Below, piece by piece: positions 1 to 7,661 of a DNA stretch of 64,000 bases. Source of the stretch: Euryarchaeota archaeon UBA558 (GTDB lineage: Archaea; Thermoplasmatota; Poseidoniia; Poseidoniales; Thalassarchaeaceae). Where the stretch lies: contig DAZE01000005.1 of assembly GCA_002507175.1 (NCBI GenBank), forward strand, positions 20,980-84,979. The letters run 5' to 3'. Positions within the stretch are counted from its first letter, which is position 1; each line of letters starts with the position of its first letter. The translations under genes were made by a program, and so were the position numbers. Below the pieces are notes generated by a model, which saw only the letters and a list, made by a program, of their open reading frames with translations, was not told the DNA's origin and did no database searches.

Positions 1-1
1 T

Positions 2-1237
2 GTGAACGTCAACCAAAGGCATGAGGTAGAGTTAGAATTCACTTCCACCTCGCAAAACGGCCGCACGGACCAAATAGTTAGGTTTCCTTTCGTAGTGACA
101 AACCACGGGAACGTAGAAGACACAATCAAGCTTCAAGTGTGTGACCCCGGTGATCAAACTGGTTGTAATGCACCTGAATGGAGTGCGTCCTACTCAGATT
201 CAAGCGGAAATGGAATCAACCAAGTCAGTCTGGAACCAGGCCAATCAAGAAACCTATACCTGGATGTCAACGTGGAAGGCGAGGAGAATGCCGACTCAGC
301 AAGGATATTGGCTAGGGCGGCGGTGTTCGGAGCCGATGCTGACGCCAAGGAAACCGTGACAGTGACGGTCTCGAATTACAATTATTCGTTCGAAATATCA
401 CCATTGGAACCGGGCATAATGCCTGATCAAATAGATCTGACACTTCCACCAGGAGGTGAAACAACAGTTTCTTTCTATGTCGACAACACAGGAGACTACC
501 CTGCTGGCGACAATCTTAAGGTTGAAATCACAGGTCTTGAGGCACTCGTAATCAGAACGGTCAGTATCCAAGGAAACGCCATAACAGCACCAGTTCCAGT
601 GGGTGCAGGGGAGAGAATACAAATTGATGTGAGGCTTGAGGTGATCCAAGGATCGGGCAATGGCTTGAATGGCCTTATGCAAATTAATACTTTTTCGACG
701 TTGAATCCAAACGAAGTTTCTGCCTTGGACATAGCAGTAGAGATCAGAACAATCCATGACCTACGAATAACAATGGAAGAGGCGACTAAGCAAACTACAA
801 CATATCCCGACAAGGGCGAGTACACCTTTTTCGTGACAAATCACGGCAACGTTGTGGAGGACGTCGTCGTTATTCCTACTGAGTCCCTGAGGGGGTGGTC
901 TGTTGACATCCTGCCAGACAATTTTGATTTGGAACCAGGGCAGACCATGGAAATAAGGGTAAACACTCTCCCACCAGCAGATCTCATTTCTGACGATGAA
1001 TATCGGTTTACCATCGTTGTGCAACCGAAGGGCCTACCAGCCGCAGGGCAGCCACTCGATTTAGTCACGGTGACTAACCTTCCTGCCGGCTTTCTGTCCC
1101 TGTCGGACACAGCAGAGCAGATTCTGATCATATCTCTCATCGGAATTGGGGTTCTGACGATTACAGTCCTAACTTTCAGATCGAGACGAGAAAACCGGCG
1201 AATATTAGAGGCGCTGGGCGATGAGGGCAAGCTCTGA
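2..1237 (+). CDS. Cell-surface protein, N-terminally truncated by the window edge; CARDB-like repeats and a C-terminal TM anchor
   Basis: The ORF runs to the window start. The motif F(P/F)xVTNHGNVxD occurs twice (FVVTNHGNVEDTIKLQV, FFVTNHGNVVEDVVVIP), which is typical of CARDB/DUF11-type adhesin domains. The C-terminus has one hydrophobic helix (ILIISLIGIGVLTITVLTF) followed by basic residues. This reads as a membrane-anchored extracellular protein. Confidence 0.5.
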   Translation: MNVNQRHEVELEFTSTSQNGRTDQIVRFPFVVTNHGNVEDTIKLQVCDPGDQTGCNAPEWSASYSDSSGNGINQVSLEPGQSRNLYLDVNVEGEENADSARILARAAVFGADADAKETVTVTVSNYNYSFEISPLEPGIMPDQIDLTLPPGGETTVSFYVDNTGDYPAGDNLKVEITGLEALVIRTVSIQGNAITAPVPVGAGERIQIDVRLEVIQGSGNGLNGLMQINTFSTLNPNEVSALDIAVEIRTIHDLRITMEEATKQTTTYPDKGEYTFFVTNHGNVVEDVVVIPTESLRGWSVDILPDNFDLEPGQTMEIRVNTLPPADLISDDEYRFTIVVQPKGLPAAGQPLDLVTVTNLPAGFLSLSDTAEQILIISLIGIGVLTITVLTFRSRRENRRILEALGDEGKL

Positions 1238-1305
1238 TCGAGCAGATCTTTTAGATGGGTTTATGGAGCATTTTCTGGTGGGAAGTCTCGTAGTCCCCTC
1301 GGGGG

Positions 1306-1767
1306 TTGGTGGTGGTGCTCATGGATACAGTCACGGAGGCGTATCTTGCATTCGCCATAATGACTCTCGTAGGCATCGGTTTTCCCGTTGGAGCATTTAT
1401 TGCCTCCTACTTCCTTAGACCGATCGAGGACCCCAATGACAGGACCAAGGTCCGATCCATACTTCTATCTGGATACGACAGGGATCATACCCTTTATCCT
1501 CGGGCTGCCACAACCTACGAGTGCGGTGCAGAGCCTCTAGGAGAAGCACATATCAACTTCCACTTCCAGTATTATTGGTACGCCATTATATTCCTCGTCT
1601 TTGACATCGCATTCATGTTCCTAGCATTCGGTGGCATTGTGGCCATAGATTCAACTCTAGATCAGTCCGAGGTCATCTCGGCATTGGTGACTATGTCAAT
1701 TTTCATGCTCCTAATGAGCCTGGGTGTTTGGCATGTATTCAGGAAAAGAGGAAGAATCTACATTTGA
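1306..1767 (+). CDS. nuoA: NADH-quinone oxidoreductase subunit A
   Basis: About 130-150 aa with 3 TM helices. It has the YECG motif (TTYECGAEP) and an FDIAF-type segment, and it is the first gene of the nuo operon. The start is ambiguous (ATG at 1306 or 1321). Confidence 0.8.
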   Translation: MVVVLMDTVTEAYLAFAIMTLVGIGFPVGAFIASYFLRPIEDPNDRTKVRSILLSGYDRDHTLYPRAATTYECGAEPLGEAHINFHFQYYWYAIIFLVFDIAFMFLAFGGIVAIDSTLDQSEVISALVTMSIFMLLMSLGVWHVFRKRGRIYI

Positions 1768-1776
1768 GGTGGTCCC

Positions 1777-2373
1777 ATGGCAGATGACAATCAGAACTTT
1801 ACAGTGTTCAACAGCAGAATCCTTGTCGATACTGTAGGTCACGTGACCGATGAAGCCCTGAAAGCCTCGAGAATAAAAGATGTGATTGGCGTGTTGGCCG
1901 GGAGACTCTTTAATTGGGGCCAGAGGAAATCTTTGTTCCCACTCCACCTTGGAATAAAGTGCTGCGCTCTAGAAATGGCCGCAGCCGGTGCCAGCCGATT
2001 TGATGCGGAACGATTTGGAGTGTTTTTCAGATCGAGCCCTCGCCAATGCGACGTCTTGTTGGTTAACGGTCCTGTGAGCAAAAAATTCGCCGACCCCCTC
2101 GTTCGATTGTGGGAGCAAATGCCTGAACCTAAATGGTGCATCGCAATGGGGGAATGTGCCATCTCAGGAGGTCCTTATTTCCAGTCGTACAACATTTTGG
2201 AAGGCGTAGACACCGTGATACCGGTTGATGTTTACATCCCCGGCTGCCCCCCCAGGCCAGAAGCTCTGATAGATGGGTTCGCCAAACTCAGACAGAAGAT
2301 AATTCGGATTGGTGCTGTTCCAAGCGAGGACAGATCAGAGGTCGAAGTACCCCTGATACTAGGCGATGACTGA
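1777..2373 (+). CDS. nuoB: NADH-quinone oxidoreductase subunit B (20 kDa, N2 Fe-S)
   Basis: CCALEM and GCPPRPEA cysteine motifs are present (KCCALEMAAAGASRFD...ECAISGGPY...IPGCPPRPEAL). It follows nuoA. Confidence 0.9.
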   Translation: MADDNQNFTVFNSRILVDTVGHVTDEALKASRIKDVIGVLAGRLFNWGQRKSLFPLHLGIKCCALEMAAAGASRFDAERFGVFFRSSPRQCDVLLVNGPVSKKFADPLVRLWEQMPEPKWCIAMGECAISGGPYFQSYNILEGVDTVIPVDVYIPGCPPRPEALIDGFAKLRQKIIRIGAVPSEDRSEVEVPLILGDD

Positions 2374-2382
2374 TTTAGGTGG

Positions 2383-3051
2383 TTGCAGATGGGAAAAAGA
2401 GTCAGCGCCGAGGCACAGAAGGAAGCCGTTTCGAAGCTTCTGGAAGACGTGTCGTCCATAGAAGGGGTTGAGGGCGAAGTTCTGACCAGGACAAATGGCA
2501 CCCAAGACCGAAACATCGCCCACATCACATGCCAACCATCAGCATGGAGGGATCTCGCTGAGACAATGAAATACGACCATCTCGTTGACCACTGCTCTAT
2601 GATCACAGGAATTCACTGGCCCGACTCAACAGAATGTAACTGGGAACTTATCTATCATTTCCTCAGAACTGGGGTTTTGGATCCTAAGTCCACGGAAAAT
2701 GGATCCTCGATCATTCCTAATATCACTGATACCAAAAAACTCGGTGGAAACACTGTCCCCATAGAGATCCAGGTCAACGTTGCTATCCCCGAGACGAGAA
2801 CACCATCAATTGCTTCGGTACAGGACATCTGGATTGGAGCAGACTGGAATGAGAAAGAAACATGGGATTTGGTAGGGATTGATTTCGAGGGCCACGAAGG
2901 TATGAGACGAGTATTGAATCCGCATGAAACCCCCCCAGGTTATCACCCCCTACAGAAACAACACAAGCTTCGATACCACGGATTCGAGGAAATGTACGAT
3001 GATGCCCAGGGATTCCTGAGGAAAGCTCCTGATTCCGGACGAGTGAAGTGA
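2383..3051 (+). CDS. nuoC: NADH-quinone oxidoreductase subunit C (30 kDa)
   Basis: Its position between nuoB and nuoD, its size (222 aa) and a NuoC-like central region support the call. It is a separate ORF from nuoD (unfused), with an RBS-like ggtgg upstream. Confidence 0.7.
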   Translation: MQMGKRVSAEAQKEAVSKLLEDVSSIEGVEGEVLTRTNGTQDRNIAHITCQPSAWRDLAETMKYDHLVDHCSMITGIHWPDSTECNWELIYHFLRTGVLDPKSTENGSSIIPNITDTKKLGGNTVPIEIQVNVAIPETRTPSIASVQDIWIGADWNEKETWDLVGIDFEGHEGMRRVLNPHETPPGYHPLQKQHKLRYHGFEEMYDDAQGFLRKAPDSGRVK

Positions 3052-3061
3052 GGGCGTAAAC

Positions 3062-4198
3062 ATGGCAGAAATGTGGATTTCAATGGGACCACAACACCCA
3101 ATGACCCATGGTCTTTGGACCTTGAAGGTCAAGGTCGACGGTGAGACAGTTGTCGATACCGAGCCCGACCTAGGATACATCCACAGAGGCGTCGAAAAAA
3201 TCTGTGAATCTCGCGATTTCACACAGATAACGACCTATTGCGACAGACTGTGCTATGCCAGCGCAAACACTTGGTCGCATGCCTACATCTACGCCGCGGA
3301 GGACCTCCTCGAGGTTGAGGTGCCAGAGAGGGCAGAGTACATCAGACTGATAGCAGTCGAGCTTCAGAGAATAGCAAGTCATCTGATGTGGTTGGGGGCA
3401 TATGGCCCGGACATTGGGAATCTATCGATCATGGTATGGTGTCTGAGAGAACGCGAGATGATGATGGATCTCCTGCAAGAACTTGGAGGCTCGAGAATGC
3501 ATTACAACTTCCCCAGAATTGGTGGTGTGAAGAGGGACTTGCCATATGGATTTGCACAGCGAGCCAGAGCAAAGTTGGACTTATTCAAGCAGAGAATACA
3601 AGAATATGAGTCACTCTTTGATGAGAGCACAGTATTCCTCGTTAGGACACAAGGAGTTGGATATACAAAGGCAGAAGAAATGGTTAATCACGGAGTCACT
3701 GGCCCCAATGTCCGGGCAGCAGGGGTCGATTACGACGTCAGATGGGCTCACCCATATTCGGTATATTCCGAGCTTGATTGGGCTCCAGCCGTTGAGAGGT
3801 CCTCCGTCAAAGGCGCGGATTGTTACGATCGATACAGAGTGAGGGTCACCGAGATGGTCGAGTCTGCCAACATGGTGCTTGAAGCACTTGAAAGAATGCC
3901 CGGCGGTGCCGAGACTCACTACGAGCCAGGGGATCCAGCCATCATCGCCAAAGCGCCATCGAGGGCACCCGAGGGAACATTCGGCTCCCACCATTTTGAG
4001 GACAGCAGGGGGGAATCAATGTTCCACATTGTTGGAGGGGGAGAAGGACGCGGCAAGAATCCATACCGGGTGTCCATCCGGTCTCCAATGTTCATAACCA
4101 TCCCCTACGCGTCAAAATGCATGATCGGCTACAAGGTTGCCGACATACCAGCAATTATGGGCTCATTCGATCCTTGCATTGGGGAAACGGACAGGTGA
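3062..4198 (+). CDS. nuoD: NADH-quinone oxidoreductase subunit D (49 kDa)
   Basis: The N-terminus reads MWISMGPQHPMTHGLWTL, the C-terminus reads RSPMFITIPY...MIGYKVADIPAIMGSFDPCIGETDR, and the protein is 378 aa. Together these are a classic NuoD/NiFe-hydrogenase large-subunit-like fold signature. Confidence 0.9.
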   Translation: MAEMWISMGPQHPMTHGLWTLKVKVDGETVVDTEPDLGYIHRGVEKICESRDFTQITTYCDRLCYASANTWSHAYIYAAEDLLEVEVPERAEYIRLIAVELQRIASHLMWLGAYGPDIGNLSIMVWCLREREMMMDLLQELGGSRMHYNFPRIGGVKRDLPYGFAQRARAKLDLFKQRIQEYESLFDESTVFLVRTQGVGYTKAEEMVNHGVTGPNVRAAGVDYDVRWAHPYSVYSELDWAPAVERSSVKGADCYDRYRVRVTEMVESANMVLEALERMPGGAETHYEPGDPAIIAKAPSRAPEGTFGSHHFEDSRGESMFHIVGGGEGRGKNPYRVSIRSPMFITIPYASKCMIGYKVADIPAIMGSFDPCIGETDR

Positions 4199-4207
4199 GG
4201 TGACAAC

Positions 4208-5731
4208 ATGGCAAGCAGCGATTGGCTAGACATCAGAGGCTGGATGGATTCCATCATTGGATGGAGCTTGGACAAGACCCATCAAATCCTACCATCATCC
4301 GACATAGGTCTCGGACCCCTTGGGACGATCAACATCCAAGAAGGGTTCTCCTCTATACAGAGCGCTCTGCACATATTCATCTTCACCTCGGTGATGTGCA
4401 CGGTAGTGTTCGCAACCATGATGATAACCCTAATTGTGGTTCCCTACATAGAAAGAAAATTCATTGGTAGATTGATGGACAGGTTTGGCAACACGATGAG
4501 TGCACGAAGCCTATGGGTCGGGGAGGGAGGAGTGACCGCAGGTGAATGGTGGTCGGGCCTCCCACTTGGATTGGGGGCGCCAATTGGGGCAATAAACAAG
4601 GCACTGAACAAGAATTTTGGAAACGATCATCATACAAATTCCGTCACTAGGGTAGGTGACAGGGGCTACCACGGGATCTGGTTCATGCTGCCAGGGTTCG
4701 TGGCAGCTGTCGCTGACTTCGTGAAATTCAACACAAAGGCACACATCGTCCCGGAAAAGGCCGATCGTCTCGTATTCGAGGTAGCGCCCGTCATCATAAT
4801 CTCGACCACCGTTATGGTCTACGCCTTCGTACCATTCGGACCACACATATGGGCAGCGAATCCCGATCTATCATTGATATTCATGATGGCAATTTTCGGA
4901 GTAGCCCCACTCGGCGTTTTCTTCGCAGGCTGGGCCTCTAACAACAAATACACGTTAATTGGAGGTATGAGGTCTGCTGCCCAACTCACAGCATATGAAA
5001 TTCCGTTGTTGGTAACCGTGCTGGGCATAGCCGTTCTGAGCGGTTCTTTCAACATCATCGAAATAGTCGACTTCCAGATTCAATCCTCCGACACATGGAA
5101 TCTGTTCTTGATGCCACTTGGAGCCGTCTTGTTCATAGTGACAATGATTGCTGAGGTGGAGAGAATACCTTTTGACATGCCAGAGGCCGAAGCCGAACTC
5201 GTAGAGGGATGGTGGACAGAATATGGTGGGATTCGATGGGGTCTGATGTTCGCAGTAGAAATGATGCGTGCCTATGCCGCATGCATCCTATTCGCCCTGT
5301 TTTTCCTAGGAGGATGGGAACTACCTTTCCAGGACACACTTGTGGCACTCCCATTAGTCGGAGCCGTCTTTTCAGCACTAGCAGCGGTCACACCTGGCAT
5401 TGCCATACTTTTGATCAAAGCTTATGTCATGTTTGCACTCTTCGTCTGGGTTAGGGCCTCACTCCACAGGATCCGCACTGACCAGATCCTCGAGTTCGGT
5501 TGGAGATACCTCCTCCCCCTCTCTATAATCAACCTAGGACTGGCCATGGTGATGAGAGTGGCCCTATGGGACGGGTCATGGCCAATCTGGCTAGCCCCCT
5601 TGATGACCACCGGGAGCATACTAGTATTCGTACTTCTGGCGATAGACGAGGACAAGGAGGCTCTGAAGAACTCCAACAGGATTTACCATACACAGACCCT
5701 CGAGAAAGCATACCCAGGAAGGAGGGACTAG
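4208..5731 (+). CDS. nuoH: NADH-quinone oxidoreductase subunit H, with N-terminal extension and loop insertion
   Basis: A YIERKFIGRLMDRFG motif aligns to the conserved ERKxxGxMQxRxGP, and EVERIPFDMPEAEAELVEGW is the conserved NuoH loop. At 507 aa against the usual 320-350, it carries about 60 extra N-terminal residues and an insertion of roughly 60 aa after the ERK motif. Confidence 0.85.
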   Translation: MASSDWLDIRGWMDSIIGWSLDKTHQILPSSDIGLGPLGTINIQEGFSSIQSALHIFIFTSVMCTVVFATMMITLIVVPYIERKFIGRLMDRFGNTMSARSLWVGEGGVTAGEWWSGLPLGLGAPIGAINKALNKNFGNDHHTNSVTRVGDRGYHGIWFMLPGFVAAVADFVKFNTKAHIVPEKADRLVFEVAPVIIISTTVMVYAFVPFGPHIWAANPDLSLIFMMAIFGVAPLGVFFAGWASNNKYTLIGGMRSAAQLTAYEIPLLVTVLGIAVLSGSFNIIEIVDFQIQSSDTWNLFLMPLGAVLFIVTMIAEVERIPFDMPEAEAELVEGWWTEYGGIRWGLMFAVEMMRAYAACILFALFFLGGWELPFQDTLVALPLVGAVFSALAAVTPGIAILLIKAYVMFALFVWVRASLHRIRTDQILEFGWRYLLPLSIINLGLAMVMRVALWDGSWPIWLAPLMTTGSILVFVLLAIDEDKEALKNSNRIYHTQTLEKAYPGRRD

Positions 5732-5733
5732 AA

Positions 5734-6738
5734 ATGGAACATTACGACTTCAGGAGCGGCCACCCCCACGCCCAACCTAACTTCAGGAACCTCGTTATCA
5801 GGCCAATGTGGATAACAATGAAGACCGCTCTAAGGACTATTCCGTTGATTGGGCGATTGCCCATGCTTCACAACGACTACCACAACAAGAGAGTTAGCAT
5901 GACTGACGGATTCACAGAGCAAAGGATAGGGTCTGATCACGTTTCCACGAAATGGACGGATTCAGGAGCATATGCGGCGGACAGGGAGGCCAGCGAGGTC
6001 ATGCCATTCGTCGAGAGGCCCGTGACTGTGATGTATCCATATGAGAGGCTTGAGGACCTGGAACCATGGCTTTTCGTGCCAGGGGAATACAACGGGAGAA
6101 TTGGAATTATTTGGGAGACCTGCACAGCATGCAAGGCATGCGTCCGAGCCTGTCCAAACGACTGCCTCCACATGACCTCCGAGACTAGGGTCAACGTGCT
6201 GGATACCACCACTGAGGGTGACGAATGGCATGGCTATGGAGGTGAGATCGAGGTCGGGGGCCTTGCAGCCCTACCAAAGGAGGACCCAACAGAAGCAGAG
6301 ACGTTCGATCTAGTTCACGCTCACTCAGCACCTCCACAGGAATATGATTTTGGCGAGATCATCGACCTATCCGGCTCAACAGCGACAGTGAAGTGGAATG
6401 ATGGGAGTGGGATCGGAGACGTACTAGTCACCGATCTAAAACCAGCAGAGCAGGACATTGTCTCGGGTCGCATAGACATTGGGCGATGCATGTTTTGCGG
6501 CCTCTGCGCCGAGGCATGCCCATTCGAGTCCTTCTTCATGACGAACGAATATGACGGGATGTCCGGCTACACACGTCAGGATCTCTGGTTTGACGCTGAC
6601 AGAACTCGCGTCCTACCATCTGTCCACAAAGAGAGAGTTGACATGGAGCTCGAAAAGAGGGCAAGGAAAGAGAAAACCAAGAGAGAAAAGAAGGCAGCAA
6701 AGGCCAAACAAGCCGCAGAGACATCTCAGGGAGCATGA
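5734..6738 (+). CDS. nuoI: NADH-quinone oxidoreductase subunit I (2x[4Fe-4S] ferredoxin-like), unusually long
   Basis: Two CxxCxxCxxxCP motifs are present (CTACKACVRACPNDC and CMFCGLCAEACP). The start is placed at ATG 5734, preceded by ggaaggaggga and 2 nt after the nuoH stop; the six-frame ORF from 5500 is an upstream read-through. At 334 aa it is about twice the typical length. There is a large insertion between the two clusters and a Lys-rich C-terminal tail (EKRARKEKTKREKKAAKAKQAA). Confidence 0.85.
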   Translation: MEHYDFRSGHPHAQPNFRNLVIRPMWITMKTALRTIPLIGRLPMLHNDYHNKRVSMTDGFTEQRIGSDHVSTKWTDSGAYAADREASEVMPFVERPVTVMYPYERLEDLEPWLFVPGEYNGRIGIIWETCTACKACVRACPNDCLHMTSETRVNVLDTTTEGDEWHGYGGEIEVGGLAALPKEDPTEAETFDLVHAHSAPPQEYDFGEIIDLSGSTATVKWNDGSGIGDVLVTDLKPAEQDIVSGRIDIGRCMFCGLCAEACPFESFFMTNEYDGMSGYTRQDLWFDADRTRVLPSVHKERVDMELEKRARKEKTKREKKAAKAKQAAETSQGA

Positions 6739-6742
6739 TTTC

Positions 6743-7006
6743 ATGGTCAACCCCGAGGAGGCCGCGTTCCTTGTGTTCGCAGCAATCGCCATCGGCGGAG
6801 CAATAGGCTGTGTCTATGCCAGAAGAGTGGCTCATTCCCTCCTCTCACTCATGATGACCTTCCTAGCAGTTGCTGGGGTGTTTATTCTTGCAGAAGCCGA
6901 AATGCTCGCTGCGGTACAGATACTCGTTTACCTTGGCTCAGTTATGCTGGTAGTCCAGTTCGGAGTCATGCTCACTCGCCGCCAAATCCAGGAGGGGGAC
7001 ATTTAA
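6743..7006 (+). CDS. nuoJ: NADH-quinone oxidoreductase subunit J, N-terminal part (split nuoJ1)
   Basis: An ATG at 6743 sits just after the nuoI stop (6736-6738). The 87-aa product has 2-3 TM helices (FLVFAAIAIGGAIGCVYA..., FLAVAGVFILAEAEMLAAVQILVYLGSVMLVV) typical of the NuoJ N-terminus. The long six-frame ORF from 6551 is a read-through of the nuoI 3' region. Confidence 0.6.
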   Translation: MVNPEEAAFLVFAAIAIGGAIGCVYARRVAHSLLSLMMTFLAVAGVFILAEAEMLAAVQILVYLGSVMLVVQFGVMLTRRQIQEGDI

Positions 7007-7353
7007 TGAGGGCATTAGGAATCCTAGCAAGACTCGGGGTTTTCGTTCTCGTGCTTGTTCTACTGACGGAGACCATGGAGTTTTCTGGATGGACTGACAC
7101 ACCAGAGCCCCCAACCTCGTCGTCCTTCGCGATTGCAATGCTCGATGAATGGAATATGATGACCTTGGTACTAGGATTGTTACTTAGCATGGCGATGATC
7201 GGGGCTTCCTATCTGGTCAGAGACGAACGTCTGGCTAATCTGACATGGGATCTTGGCCAGGATGTAGAGACCCCGGTAATTGGGATGCCCCGTGCTGCCA
7301 CGAGAACCTCCAATAAAAATCAAATTTCGATCACAGGGGATGAAGAAGAATGA
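7006..7353 (+). CDS. nuoJ: NADH-quinone oxidoreductase subunit J, C-terminal part (split nuoJ2)
   Basis: It starts at a TAATG overlap with the J1 stop and encodes 115 aa with 2 TM helices. It sits between J1 and nuoK, and a split nuoJ1/J2 is known in euryarchaeal nuo operons. The call is inferred from position and topology. Confidence 0.5.
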   Translation: MRALGILARLGVFVLVLVLLTETMEFSGWTDTPEPPTSSSFAIAMLDEWNMMTLVLGLLLSMAMIGASYLVRDERLANLTWDLGQDVETPVIGMPRAATRTSNKNQISITGDEEE

Positions 7354-7652
7354 TCGACCCATCGTGGGTATCTGGTTTAGCAGCCATACTCTTCGGCATC
7401 GGCCTTATTGGGACATTCTCTAGGAAAAATGGGATAGTCGTCCTAATGTGCATTGAATTGATGTTGAACGCTGCCAATCTGAATTTCGTGGCAGGCGCCC
7501 TGAACACCGGTGGAGTCGAGGGTTGGGTGTATACCGCGGTTGCAATTGCAATAGCAGCCGCCGAAGTCGCCATAGGCCTCGCGATCCTCTTATCACTCTA
7601 CAGCACCCAAGAGACAATATCTCTGGACGAGGCTGTAATGCTAAAGAACTGA
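7350..7652 (+). CDS. nuoK: NADH-quinone oxidoreductase subunit K
   Basis: It is 100 aa with 3 TM helices and the NuoK-typical MCIELMLNAANLNF segment. It has an ATGA overlap with the preceding gene. Confidence 0.85.
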   Translation: MIDPSWVSGLAAILFGIGLIGTFSRKNGIVVLMCIELMLNAANLNFVAGALNTGGVEGWVYTAVAIAIAAAEVAIGLAILLSLYSTQETISLDEAVMLKN

Positions 7653-7661
7653 GGTAAAGCG

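Noticed and set aside
141-1230. Multiple 60-130-aa ORFs in other frames within the surface-protein gene and the nuo genes (e.g. 141-359, 398-757, 841-1230, 10747-11205, 12101-12478)
   Set aside because: They are fully contained in longer, motif-supported genes. They have no start context and an aberrant composition (Arg/Ser/Pro-rich).
5500-5733. Upstream extension of the nuoI ORF (six-frame ORF starts at 5500, overlapping 230 nt of nuoH)
   Set aside because: The ATG at 5734 has a strong ggaggga RBS and follows the nuoH stop directly. The upstream segment is Pro/Gly/Arg-rich and has no ferredoxin-like motif, so it reads as a frame read-through. The same logic rejects the 6551 start of nuoJ1 and the 42383 start of the RAM-domain ORF.
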